Made by a program: the position numbers and the translations under genes. Below the pieces are notes generated by a model, which made no database searches, was not told the DNA's origin, and saw only the letters and a list, made by a program, of their open reading frames with translations. Positions 37,074-47,299 of a stretch of DNA of 64,000 nucleotides are shown here, one piece after another (position 1 is the stretch's first letter; each line of letters starts with the position of its first letter). The stretch is from Prorocentrum cordatum. Its lineage: Eukaryota. The DNA is taken from contig CAUYUJ010000115.1 in assembly GCA_963575745.1 (NCBI GenBank), positions 248,001 to 312,000 of the forward strand. The letters run 5' to 3'.

Positions 37074-39205
37074 GGCCCTGTAAATTCGCCTTTGCCATCT
37101 CCTTTATCCTTGTTCCTAGCCTGCCCGAGGGGGCCGATGATGCTGCGACCTGACTGGGGCCAGCACTTTCCGAGCACCGCGCACTGAAGTTGGTAGCCTA
37201 CCACGACCAGGACTGTGGTCCCTTTTTCCATGGCAGGCATGAGGGCCCTCACCACGTCCACCGTCTGCGCGGCCTCTGGGATCTTTGCGTAGCCAGAATG
37301 AAGATTGGAGGTGACCTCGACTGAGGGGTTGTCGATCAGGAGAAACCGGTGCCTTTCTTCAGAAGGCTGCGGTGGGGGTTGAAGGTCCCGTAGTAACGTC
37401 TCCATGTCGCCTGTGGAGGTATTGGCCGATTCAGCCAACGCCCAGAGCCCCCCTTCGCCCCAGGGTCGTATCTGCTGCCACGGTAGTCCTTCCACGATAG
37501 GTCTCTGCGCCAGTGGATTGGTGATCCCTGTCCGAATAGCCTCGTTGTAGAAGGCTACGTTCGGCCACGAAAGGAGAAGAGGATGCATACGGTAGCATAG
37601 GTTCAGTTGTACCACTGCAGGGTTATCCCCGCCTAGTGCATTGTACAGCTTGTCGAACATGGAGAGACACAGCCCCCTATCCGCCGCCTTCCTGGAGAGA
37701 ACCGGGGGGGGTAGCTGCCTGGGGTCACGAACCAGTAGCAGGTGTCTTCCCGACCGTATGACATTGACGAGGGATGCCGCCATGAGTTCGTGGGCCTGTC
37801 CCGCCTCGTCGACGATGAACAGAGCCGTTGGTACAAGCTTGAGCGACTCTGCCGCCTCGTGGGTAGCGATAACCAGCTTGGCGTCGCTCAGTAGCTGAGA
37901 GCGGAAGGACAGGAGCTCCTTGGTCGGCCCATTCTGGTTGGGAGGGTGGTCGCGGGTCCTCTGAAAGTGCCCCACTGGGGTCAGTGACGCAATCTCCGGC
38001 GCCACTCTGGCGTCCTTCGCGAGCCTGACACACCTGTTGGGAAAGCCGGTCTCACCAGCCAGCCTGTTCTCCTTGCGCGCAATCCCGAGCCCGATAGCGG
38101 GCTGATCGGCTGCCGCATTCGATCCAGCTGTGAGGGCCACCGACTGCCTCGCAGGAAGTGAACTAGCCCATGCGTCCATAGTGGCCACCGTGAATAAAGT
38201 CTTGCCAGTCCCTGGGGGTCCATGTACAATCGTCACGTGGTGTAGGATGGTGGCGGTCAGTGCTTTGGCCGCGTTCTCGTTTAGTCGGTGCCGTCTGGCG
38301 GCGTCGTTGAGGCTGTCAATGGGAGGAAGGTTGCGCACTCGCTGGAGGACCTGCCCGATAGATCCATCAACCTCATCGTCCGTGAACGGCGCGACTGCTT
38401 GCGCCTTCCTGTGACGCTGCAGCCTCGTATCTTCCAGAGCCGCTACGCCCGGTAGGCACCGCCCTCTGCTCTCAAGGGTGGCCCTCGCCCTTGCCAGGAG
38501 GGAAATGCTGCATGCCCTAGTATTCTCCACTTCGTTGGCCCTTAGCCTGTCTCTCCGCTGGGTGGTCCGCAGATTGAGGTAGAACGTTATCACATCCAGT
38601 GGAGAGCCCACCCATTCGTCCGATGCCTGCTGCAGCGTGTAGATCTCGCTGATGGCCTGGTAGATTCTCCAGCACTGCAGCTTCGACGGCGCTCTGTCCA
38701 GTCGGAACAGGACTTCTCCCTTGCTGCCTGCGTTTGATTCCTTGCCGAGAGCCAGAAGCTCCTCTGCCTGCTTGGAGTCGCACCATGCCAGGGCCTGGTT
38801 GGTGGGATACCTTGCGCCTTCCCTAAGCTCCATTACGACGCACTCGTTGCTGGGGATGTGGCCACCAGATTCCGGGGGCCAAATGAGCCTGAGGGAGGCG
38901 ACCTGGTCTTCTGTCGGATTGGTAAGGCTGAGGAGCAGCGCCCGTGACTGCGAGCCCTGTCCCCCGTCCATCCCCTTGAGCGACAGCCGGAATTCACTTG
39001 GCCATTGCAGGTGTAGGAGTGTCTTCCCGTCCTGGGGGGGGAACGCCTGGCGAAGCTTGTATTTATCGAGCGCGCGGCAAACCGACACCTCGTGCGTGGG
39101 GCTACCGCCACCTCCATGGCACAGCTCTGCTTGCGTGTCAGATCGGTTCTGGCTTTTACTGAGCCGTCCCATGTCGTCTCCGTGGGGGCCTTGGTCTCCG
39201 TCCAT
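36962..39205 (-). CDS. Upf1/DNA2/NAM7-like superfamily 1 helicase, N-terminal RecA domain (AAA_11-like)
   Basis: VHGPPGTGKT (Walker A, ~38198-38227), AGSNAAAD (Ia), IVDEAGQ (II), VRDPRQLPP (III; usual GD changed to RD), SMFDKL, LNLCYRMHP. Continues by frameshift into 34221-37073. Confidence 0.9.
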   Translation of the reverse strand: MDGDQGPHGDDMGRLSKSQNRSDTQAELCHGGGGSPTHEVSVCRALDKYKLRQAFPPQDGKTLLHLQWPSEFRLSLKGMDGGQGSQSRALLLSLTNPTEDQVASLRLIWPPESGGHIPSNECVVMELREGARYPTNQALAWCDSKQAEELLALGKESNAGSKGEVLFRLDRAPSKLQCWRIYQAISEIYTLQQASDEWVGSPLDVITFYLNLRTTQRRDRLRANEVENTRACSISLLARARATLESRGRCLPGVAALEDTRLQRHRKAQAVAPFTDDEVDGSIGQVLQRVRNLPPIDSLNDAARRHRLNENAAKALTATILHHVTIVHGPPGTGKTLFTVATMDAWASSLPARQSVALTAGSNAAADQPAIGLGIARKENRLAGETGFPNRCVRLAKDARVAPEIASLTPVGHFQRTRDHPPNQNGPTKELLSFRSQLLSDAKLVIATHEAAESLKLVPTALFIVDEAGQAHELMAASLVNVIRSGRHLLLVRDPRQLPPPVLSRKAADRGLCLSMFDKLYNALGGDNPAVVQLNLCYRMHPLLLSWPNVAFYNEAIRTGITNPLAQRPIVEGLPWQQIRPWGEGGLWALAESANTSTGDMETLLRDLQPPPQPSEERHRFLLIDNPSVEVTSNLHSGYAKIPEAAQTVDVVRALMPAMEKGTTVLVVVGYQLQCAVLGKCWPQSGRSIIGPLGQARNKDKGDGKGEFTGPCDPLPTPGTSEDTNRSSSNGAPHPTASDYNSKGYAR

Positions 39206-39934
39206 GCCAGTCTGGTCAGAATGATCCCCCTCTGTCGTAGGTCCTGCTCCCAGTGTTTTGGCAGATCAACTAACTCCTTCTGAGATTTTCCCCAGGGGGG
39301 CATGCAGACGGAACTGGGCTCCAGGGCGTTCCGCTGGCACGGAGAACATTTGCGCGATGGCCTTTGCTGCGGTATCAGCTGGGGGGTCTGGGGGCGTCAG
39401 CGAGGGGAGCGGGCGGCGGCTGCTGGCCCAGCCGAAGTCCTCCCCCCTTAGCGACCCGCCCCGCTCGGTGGGGTCTTGAGACGATGCCCTGCTGGATCCG
39501 ACCAGCCTGTCGCACAGGTCGGGGGGAGGCGGCCCCTCTGCGCTGTTGCGCGGGGGAGGCGGGCCGCTCCCTCCCAAAGTCCTTATGTTGAGCCATGGGT
39601 TGATACTCCCGCCACGTCGGTATAGGTCTGCCGGCCGCAGGCTGGCAGACGGGATCGTGTCGGTGGGGGTGATAAAACTGAAATCGTCGCCGCGAAATGG
39701 AAAGTCGACCGGTACGTGGTCCCAGTCATCCGGGAACGTCCAGCCCGGTAGGTGCACACGGCCCTCTTTCACGTCTGGACAATGGGAGTTCCCACCCTGG
39801 CCACTCGTGTCTCTCGAACTCAAGATTGGTGATGCAGTCTCTGATCCCCCCTCGGGTCCGGGCCCAGAGGTTGCCTGCCTGAGTATAGCACCTGGGGTCA
39901 GGCCATCCGTGCTCCTTCTGCTTGGCGGCCTCCA

Positions 39935-40015
39935 GGTAATGTTCGATACTCATGAGATGCGCCTTGCCGTCACAGTGCTTCTGACAGACATCGCACCACC
40001 AACACCACTCTTGGT
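39935..40015 (-). other. U1/matrin-type C2H2 zinc finger
   Basis: WWCDVCQKHCDGKAHLMSIEH in ORF 39726-40337. Confidence 0.6.
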
Positions 40016-40459
40016 GGAAGTGCGCCCATCGCATCCATGGGCATTCACGGGCCCGAAAGGGCTTGGTCGCACCTTCTGCACTGGGGCCACTCTTGCAGGG
40101 CTCGAACGGAGACTGCCATCTGACAAGGGGCTCATTGTTGTTTCTCCTCACCATCCCGTGGCGGCGCGATGGGGGGAAGCGCAGCCGATAGCTGCGGGTG
40201 CTGGAAGAATGCACAGGGGGGAGATGCTTGAGCCGACACGGCGCGGGCTCAGATGCTGCGGCGATCGGACGGACGGCGATCCGAGCGAGGGGGGCCAGGG
40301 GGCGCGGCAGGAGGGGGATGCGCGACAGAGTGGGCAACCTCAGCGGCCACTATGGGGTCGCACAGGCTGGCACCGCGGGGGGGGACGCAAGCAAAGTGGG
40401 CGGGAATGGGAGGGACGGACCCACTCCACTGAGTGCGGGAAGTGACGGCCGTAACGCCT

Positions 40460-40910
40460 TCCCTACGTAGGGCGTCTGCCCAATGCACCCCAATGGTGGC
40501 CAGACTGTCAGCCGCCTTGTTAAGTCTGCGCCTGACGGCTTGCCATGTGAGTACCCAGCCTGCCCCTTCGACCTGTCCCAAGGCCTCCTCCATCTGCTGA
40601 GCCAGGTGTAGCCTTCGGTATCTGGCTGCGCCAGCACCGCACCTTACCGCAGCTAGGTTGTCGCCGACAATCCGCGCGGTGCGGGCAGGACTGCTAATGT
40701 GGGGAAGCAGTGCCAGCCCGGCACGACCGCCTGCAACCTCGGCAATTTGGGCGTTGTTGCAGTCTGGGAGAGCGACTATGGCAATGGCGAGCACACAGGG
40801 TGCCCCGGTGCTGGGGTTGCGGTGCCAGAGTATGGCCCCGCCTCCGGAGACCTTCTCGCCTTCTCGCCTTCCCCGATGGATATTGCCCCCCCGTCAAAGG
40901 TGACCTCGTA
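40460..40910 (-). pseudogene. RNase H domain
   Basis: YEVTFDGG / (frameshift) GGGAILW...NNAQIAEV...IVGDN...WQAVRRRLNKAADSLA; all four acidic catalytic positions are recognisable. Confidence 0.85.
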
Positions 40911-41365
40911 AGGTCATTGGGTGGAGTGAGAATCGGGAAAAGGGGAGTCGCGAACGGTTATCTCGTCGCCTGGCTCAAGTCTGATGTTGGCCCTGAGAAT
41001 AGTGGTGCGCAACCGACATTCGCGGCAGAAGGACGACGACCAGCACGCGGTTGGAGAGTTGTCAGTCCTTGGGCATGGGAACCACCCTCTGCCGGGAGGC
41101 ATCCACGCAGCGCGGCTATGTGTGGACTGCGACACCACCAGTCTGTCATCTGGGTTGCAGTGTCTGCTGACAACCGGGAGCCTCCGGATTTCGCCTCCAG
41201 CACTGTCTGCGCGCCTTTGTGCATGGGGACCGGCAGCCCCGCAAATTGCCCCGGCCGGCGGGGGACTTCGGGTTGCACGTGTGGCAACGGTCACGCCGCA
41301 CGGTCCGCACGGCCGCTTCGTCATGTCTGCCAACCCTGGAGGGGTCGCTCTCAGCCTACTCGTCC

Positions 41366-42867
41366 TCATCGCTCCCTTCGTGGGGGTCCATGTCTGGGGT
41401 GCCCAGCCCGCGCAGGATGAGAGTGGCCGCGTCGCTTGCTAGCTTCCAGGGGGGTGGCAGTAAGGTTGACGCAGTAGCGGAAGGAGATCTGGTGTAACAC
41501 TTTGGCAAGCAGCGGTTGGTGCACGCCCTCGCCTGTGATAGCTTGGGCGAAGGTTGGCGGATCGCCGGGCCCACGGATGGTGTCCCAGACGAGGGCGGCC
41601 GCCGGGCACCAGTGCCAGCCGTGTTCGGTCGTGGCTTCTCCCAGCCCACAGAGTGGACAACGTCCGTGCGGCCCTCCCCTGATCGGCGGCCTCAAGAGCC
41701 CCCCCGAGCTAGCGCAGGCGCAAGCTTGTGCTCTCAGAGAGGGGGGGGGGGGGGAGTATCAGGGGGGAGCGTTTGCCAGAGGGCGAGGGCGCGGGGTCCG
41801 TTGCCGATGCATCTACTACACCAGGCAGCCCCCTCGTCATTCGGGCCGGCTGTGATCCACACTCTGCTGGCCGGCGCCCCGCAGGGACATCTGTGGGGCA
41901 CTCTTTCGTCATTCCCCCTGCGCCTTGCCGGGCCTGGCAGGCCGTTACTGAGCACCCTTAGCACGTGGTACGCACAGGTGAAGGTGACGCAGTACCGTAG
42001 CAGCTGCCACTCCTCACCCACCGAGGGCTGCCACCTTCTCCCTTGGCTGGTTTTTTGAAGCCAGGCGGTGAAGTGATGACTGTTCATCTGCGCCCAGGCC
42101 GCCACATAGGTGATTATGCCGTATTGCCTGCCCTCTAGTAGGTGGAGTCGTTGCCTCAAGGCGAGCAGGGCCTGGGCGGCCTTGCGCCCTGTGATCATTT
42201 TGGGCCGCGGGGGATGTGCCTCTGGGGCCTGGGCTGCTCGGCCACTCCAGTTCAGCAGCTTGTTCCATCTGGTGCTGGCCCGCTTCTTGAGTGCGCAGGG
42301 CCCCCAGAAGTCCCCGAGTGCGAACGCTCCTGCGGCAACAGCGCGGGCTCTTGCTGCAGGGCACCTGGGCGCGCCCTGCACTTGGAAGCGCATGCCAAGT
42401 CCGGTCAGGACTATGTCGGGGACCCAGGAGGCCCCGGCCAGCCCGAGGGCAGTTCTCAACTGGGCGCACAGTTCACGCTCCTGTGTCACGTCCGGGGGGG
42501 CGTAGCGTGCCGCGTAGGGGGTCAGAGAGACCAGGTACGCGTTCCACGCAGCGGCCGTCCTGGAAGGGGACACCTTGGCCAGGTGCAGCGCAAGGGATCT
42601 CTCCCTCATATCCTGGGGAGGGGGCGGTTCCACGTGCCCTTGCGCAAGACCTCCTCTTGCTCTCCTGTGAGTCCTCCGTTCAGCGGAGGTTCGTCGCCTT
42701 CTTCTGTTCTGGATACTACTACTGCCCCCAGGTACGGCCATTGCTCCCTCACCGCCGATCCTCCAAATGGGGTGTGCTCCATCAGTGTGCGCCAACATCC
42801 TTGGTCTCCCGCTGGTACGAGCGCTGTCTTGGACGCGCAGCTGCAGGCGCGTTGGTAGCATGTGCAC
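41366..42867 (-). pseudogene. Post-RT region with a CCHC zinc knuckle
   Basis: CPCG...WCSRC and CPLCGLGEATTEHGWHWC (Cx2Cx8Hx4C), typical of LINE ORF2 C-termini; frameshift at the G14 run 41741-41754. Confidence 0.7.
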
Positions 42868-43985
42868 CGGATGGGACCACGTTCCCCCATGTAGCTGTTA
42901 ATCAGAGCCTGGGTCAAGAGCGCAGGGAGTCCCGAGATGAGCACGCTGTCTGCATCCTGCTCAAAGTGTACGGGGACCTCCTCCAGCCCCGCGCGGATGT
43001 CGGGGGAGTCATCGGTGCGCGTCCCCCTGCATCTGTGCGCTTCGACCAGGAGCCCAGCGGCCTTGGCGGCCCGGGGGAGTGCGATTGCTGCGCGTAGAGC
43101 CTGTCTTGTTGTGCTTACAAGCGCGGCGAGGTCGTCTACGTACGTGGGGTCGTCTTCTCTTGTGATGGATGCAATGGCGCCTATGAGAGGGTCGTATCCC
43201 AAGCTCCACAGGAGGGGGGAGGCAGTGCCCCCCATGCCGACGGATCTGAGTAGGCGGCGCCCTGGCCCTTTGCACTTGCCCTTGCACGTCTTTACCTTCC
43301 GCTCGATAACCAATGCTTTTAGGGCGTTGAGTAGCCACGAGGGGAGTGCCCACCTCTGTAGAAGGGCGTCAACCCATTGGAGCGAAATCCTTTCGAACGC
43401 TTCGTTCTGATCGCAGAAGATGACGGCAGTGCAGGGGGCCTCGCCCAGACCTGAGGCGGCGCGCTCGATGTAGTCCTCTACCACCGCGTGATGCTGACCG
43501 AGTAGGGCGGCCCAACCAGGACCCGGTGCGCTTGGTGGTTTGGGGGTAGCGCTCCAGTGTTGAGTAACCTTGGTGGTGTTGGGACCACACTGTCCCCCTC
43601 TCTTGGCCGCTCGATTGGGACTTAGGAGTGGTTCGACGACTGGGCCAATAAGGTCGGCCAGGGATGATCCGTAGAGACGCCGTATGCAGGTGGGGAGTTG
43701 GAGCGGCCTCATGTCGTTGGGCCCTTCAGCGCCTGGTTTCTTCCCAATCAAGACAAGGAGGTCGACTGAGGGCCCCAGTACTTCGTCGATGAGGTTAGGG
43801 TTGAGGTCCGCTGCATACCATGCCTGGGCGAGGAGGCAGGCGACGAACCTTGCGCCTGGGCGAAAGGCTTCGCACGGGATTCCGTCGACCCCTGGCGCGC
43901 CCCCGCTGGGGGTGAGGACGGTGGCAGCCAGCTGTGCCCAACAGGGGGCAGGCCGACTAGATATGTCAGTGCCAGGGTGTCCCAA
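42606..43985 (-). CDS. Non-LTR reverse transcriptase
   Basis: APGVDGIP (domain 0), LVLIGKK, MRPLQLPTCIRRL, IFCDQNEAFERI, RSVGMGGTASPLLW, YVDD, and YLG in the thumb region. Confidence 0.9.
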   Translation of the reverse strand: MGHPGTDISSRPAPCWAQLAATVLTPSGGAPGVDGIPCEAFRPGARFVACLLAQAWYAADLNPNLIDEVLGPSVDLLVLIGKKPGAEGPNDMRPLQLPTCIRRLYGSSLADLIGPVVEPLLSPNRAAKRGGQCGPNTTKVTQHWSATPKPPSAPGPGWAALLGQHHAVVEDYIERAASGLGEAPCTAVIFCDQNEAFERISLQWVDALLQRWALPSWLLNALKALVIERKVKTCKGKCKGPGRRLLRSVGMGGTASPLLWSLGYDPLIGAIASITREDDPTYVDDLAALVSTTRQALRAAIALPRAAKAAGLLVEAHRCRGTRTDDSPDIRAGLEEVPVHFEQDADSVLISGLPALLTQALINSYMGERGPIRCTCYQRACSCASKTALVPAGDQGCWRTLMEHTPFGGSAVREQWPYLGAVVVSRTEEGDEPPLNGGLTGEQEEVLRKGTWNRPLPRI

Positions 43986-44769
43986 GAAGTACTGATCAAG
44001 GAGCCGGCCAGCCGAACTGGGAAGAGGGGGGGCGGAATGCCAAATCGAGCTGCGGCTGTCCCAAAGTACCTTACCAACCTGGTTGGGCCTGTCGTGCCAG
44101 TTACCGTCGTGGTCCCTTACCCCTAGAATGGCGTGGGTATTTTAATATATTTCCCGCCCAGTTCTGTAGTGGGCCGCGAGGGGGGAGCGTTATGCTCCTG
44201 GGCCTCGTCGGACGGGGGATAGGTGCATCGCCCTTCGCTGCGTGACCTCCGCGTCCCAAGTCTTGAGCCAGAGACCTGCCTGATCTGGGGTTAGGTCGTG
44301 TCCGTCCCATCCAAACTCGTGCAGCCACGCTGCCAGGGCCCCCACTGGGCGTGTGACTTGTTGTCTCTGGCTGGCTGCCGCAAGCAGCATCCCCGTTGAG
44401 GCTCGCGCTCTGTGCGACTTCCACTTTTTCCACCAGTCCTGTAGGGCAGAGGCGAGGGCGTGCCTCCCGAATCTCATGAGGGTGGGAAGGACTGGGGGGA
44501 GGAAAGTGCGGACTTCCCGGTGCTGGAGCGGGGTCACTGGGCAAGCGAGAGGCGTCGCCATCGTCGTTGTCCGGGTGATGGTCGGGGAACCCTCCTGGGC
44601 GGGCTGGCCTGATCCAGTCTGCGGGCTGGATTAGGCCACAGAGGTTGACGGTTGGCACGCCGAAGAGGATCTCCAGGTCTGCGTAGATCCTGCGGAGCTC
44701 CACGTGCGCGGCAATTGGGAGTTTCCTCAAATCTGCAGCCCTCATGGTGTCGTCCCTTCTCGCTCTCCC

Positions 44770-45470
44770 TGCGCCCTGGGGGTCCAGCGAAATGAAGGCA
44801 TGATCTGATAGAGTGAGCCGCCACAGCTTCCAGGGGTCGCAGGCGTGGATGTGGTTGATAGGGCAAGCACAGATGTCAATTTGGGATTCACTTTCCTTGT
44901 CAATCCTGGTTGGGCCGTGCATGTGGATGGCGATGGAGCCGGAGCTGGTTAGGATGTCCCTCAGGAGGGCCGCAGCCTCTACCTCTCCGTCCCTCGGGTG
45001 TTGAAGCTGCAGGTTGACGCCCCCTCCCCAGTAGGTGTCGAGTGGCCCCCATCGTTCCGCAGCCGATGCGATCTCCGCCAGGGTCTCTTCCTTCCTGGTG
45101 TGTGTGTGGGGGGGGGGGGGTAGATGGACACAAGGCGAATTCTCCTTTCGCCCTGCTGCACTATCGCTGCTACTGCACAACCCGGCACCATGTCTTGCTG
45201 GCCCGGGAGGGGAGTTCCGTGCGGGAGGAAAATCCCAACCCCACCAGCCAGTCCTCCTGTAGGCCCCAGGAATCCCGGGGAGGCAACAACCGTCCGCGCC
45301 GGGAACATGGTCTTCCACACCTCGGCCTCATGCTCGGACCAATGTGTCTCCTGAATGAGGGCGATTCTATGGTTCAAAGTGACCTGCGTTAGAAGGGCGT
45401 GCTTGACCTGGTTCTTGTTGGCGGTGCAGCTTCTGAGGTACCTAACATTCCAGCTAGAGAACCTGGGGAG
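44770..45470 (-). pseudogene. APE-type (EEP) endonuclease, frameshifted
   Basis: SWNVRYL, IALIQETHW, GGVGIF, LVSIYPP / (frameshift at the G13 run 45108-45120) GGGVN (GDFN position), PT, SQIDIC, SDH. Confidence 0.85.
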
Positions 45471-45885
45471 GGAAGTATGGGGGGTGGTGTTCACGGCGCG
45501 CATCGCGTCGTTAAGGGACAGGGTGCCACACAAGTCATCCCATGTGGGGTGCGTCGAGGGTGTATGGCGCAGCACCGCCCACAGGCTCCTTGGAGCCCGA
45601 ATGCTGCGGTGGCATCTTTCTTCCAGTGTCTCGTTGAGTGCGCGACGAGCCTGCTCCCAGGCGCGCGTGCGCATTCCCGCAACTCGCAGGTGCCGGGGAG
45701 GGGACCCCAACGCTCTGTGGAGCGTGTTGGGGTCCCTGGTAGAGTCTAGGGGCGCTGCATCTCTGGGAGAAGGGCTTCCTCACGTCTCATTTGCTCTGCG
45801 ATGTCGTCTGGGAATGGGTGGTTCTGAAGCTGGGCCCACGGGCGTTGTCTCCCTGCGTAGGTACGGGCTGCCACCCATGCTCTTG

Positions 45886-47214
45886 CTATTGCTCGCCCGT
45901 AGGAGCTGGGGCCCGGGCCATGGCACCGTGCTCCCCCGCCCTCCATGCTTGCATCGCAGTTACCACCCTGCGCTGGAGGCACCTCGGGTCGAAGTGTACG
46001 CCGACAGCGTCGTATAGCGCCCTGCCATTTATTCCGAGCCCACGGTAGTAACCCGCTAGGCCGGTGGCCCGGGCTCTCTCCTCTGCGTTAGGGGGTCTGA
46101 GCCCATGGGCCCTTCCTTCCTTGACCGGCCATCTACCCCAGGCCTTGACTTTTTCCTCTGCAGCAGGGCTCTCCCTTTCCTTCCCCGACATCACCAGTCC
46201 GAGGCCTTCCGTGCATCCTTTGAACCGTTGTTCTGCCCCGCAATCTGCAAGTATCTGCGCGGCTCCTAGTCTCAGCTCCGTCGGATCTCGTAGGAACCAT
46301 CTGTGGGTGCTGTCCTCGTTGTACAGGAGGCAGAGGAGATGAGTCTGGTAGCAACTGGGCGGTATGGCGTCTGGGTCGTCTTGGGCCACTCTGGACGGTG
46401 TCCATGCGGGTATTCTTCCGTCGGGCCTGTAAGCCCATCTGGGTTCCCAAGGGCTGAGGAGCCGGTGGTGCGTTATTGCTTTAGAGGGAGGGGGGAAGTT
46501 CGCCATCCACAGTCTCTCCCTTGGGCTGGCCACATGGTCTCCTGCGTTCATCTTGACAGCCCATTCCGGGCTGAGGTCGCCCATGGCGGCTCTCATGGCA
46601 TCTCGATGTGTCAGAGGCATGGAGGCCACAATTTCTACCACCACGAGTATGTTGACGTCTGGTCTCCTTTTGTTAGCGAGGTACCACGCTGTAGGGATGG
46701 CGAAGAAGTGGTGAGACTGTGCGCCTGCCAGTCCGTCCCTAACGGCGCACCTGCCTGCGGCCGACAGGTTGTTACATGGCGGTCCTGCCACTATTAGGAG
46801 GGTGCTGCCTTGTTCCAGCGAGTCTAAATGTATTTCCCATGGGGATATGTTGTCCTGGGGGTCCTTCCGTCTGAACAGGTCCCAGACGTCCTCTGCTATC
46901 TGCCTGTGCTGTGGGCCTCCGTCCTGCGGGTCTGGCGCACTGGCCCATCTGCGCGCAACCGCCTGAGCCGCCGTCCTGTTGTGCTCAACGAACACGGAAG
47001 TTCGGAGCCTGCTGACTGCGTCTAGCTTGTGGGTGAAGTCTCCTATCGCGAGCCTGGCGATACCCCACCCGTCGAACAGCGATACCAGATGTAACGGCCC
47101 CCCCCCCGTCCGAGGTGGACTGGGCCGCGGGTCCGACCCCTTCTGTTCCTTGTTCCTGCTGCGTGAAATCCCGTTCAGTCGGTTCCTGGACCTGCAGTCT
47201 GCCCGCGATGTCAT
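45886..47214 (-). CDS. C5 cytosine DNA methyltransferase, DNMT3-like
   Basis: Motif I LVSLFDGWG; motif IV AGPPCNNLS; motif VI VEIVASM (ENV position); motif VIII SPRERLWMANFP; motifs IX/X EERARATGL...LYDAVGVHF. Confidence 0.9.
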   Translation of the reverse strand: MTSRADCRSRNRLNGISRSRNKEQKGSDPRPSPPRTGGGPLHLVSLFDGWGIARLAIGDFTHKLDAVSRLRTSVFVEHNRTAAQAVARRWASAPDPQDGGPQHRQIAEDVWDLFRRKDPQDNISPWEIHLDSLEQGSTLLIVAGPPCNNLSAAGRCAVRDGLAGAQSHHFFAIPTAWYLANKRRPDVNILVVVEIVASMPLTHRDAMRAAMGDLSPEWAVKMNAGDHVASPRERLWMANFPPPSKAITHHRLLSPWEPRWAYRPDGRIPAWTPSRVAQDDPDAIPPSCYQTHLLCLLYNEDSTHRWFLRDPTELRLGAAQILADCGAEQRFKGCTEGLGLVMSGKERESPAAEEKVKAWGRWPVKEGRAHGLRPPNAEERARATGLAGYYRGLGINGRALYDAVGVHFDPRCLQRRVVTAMQAWRAGEHGAMARAPAPTGEQ

Positions 47215-47299
47215 TGGCCGCCTGGTTGGGCTCTAGGCGGACCGTGCCTTGTTCGTGCAACGACTGCACGGTCTCCCGAATGGTGTCGTTGTCTAGTCC

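Noticed and set aside
36760..38300. Helitron interpretation of the helicase
   Set aside because: The motifs are Upf1/DNA2-type (DEAGQ, YRMHP, RxNVAxxRAK), not Pif1-type, and no HUH Rep domain is seen.
45886..47214. Bacterial restriction-modification or contaminant origin of the methyltransferase
   Set aside because: DNMT3-like motif wording, direct linkage to APE/RT, and dinoflagellate-type flanks.
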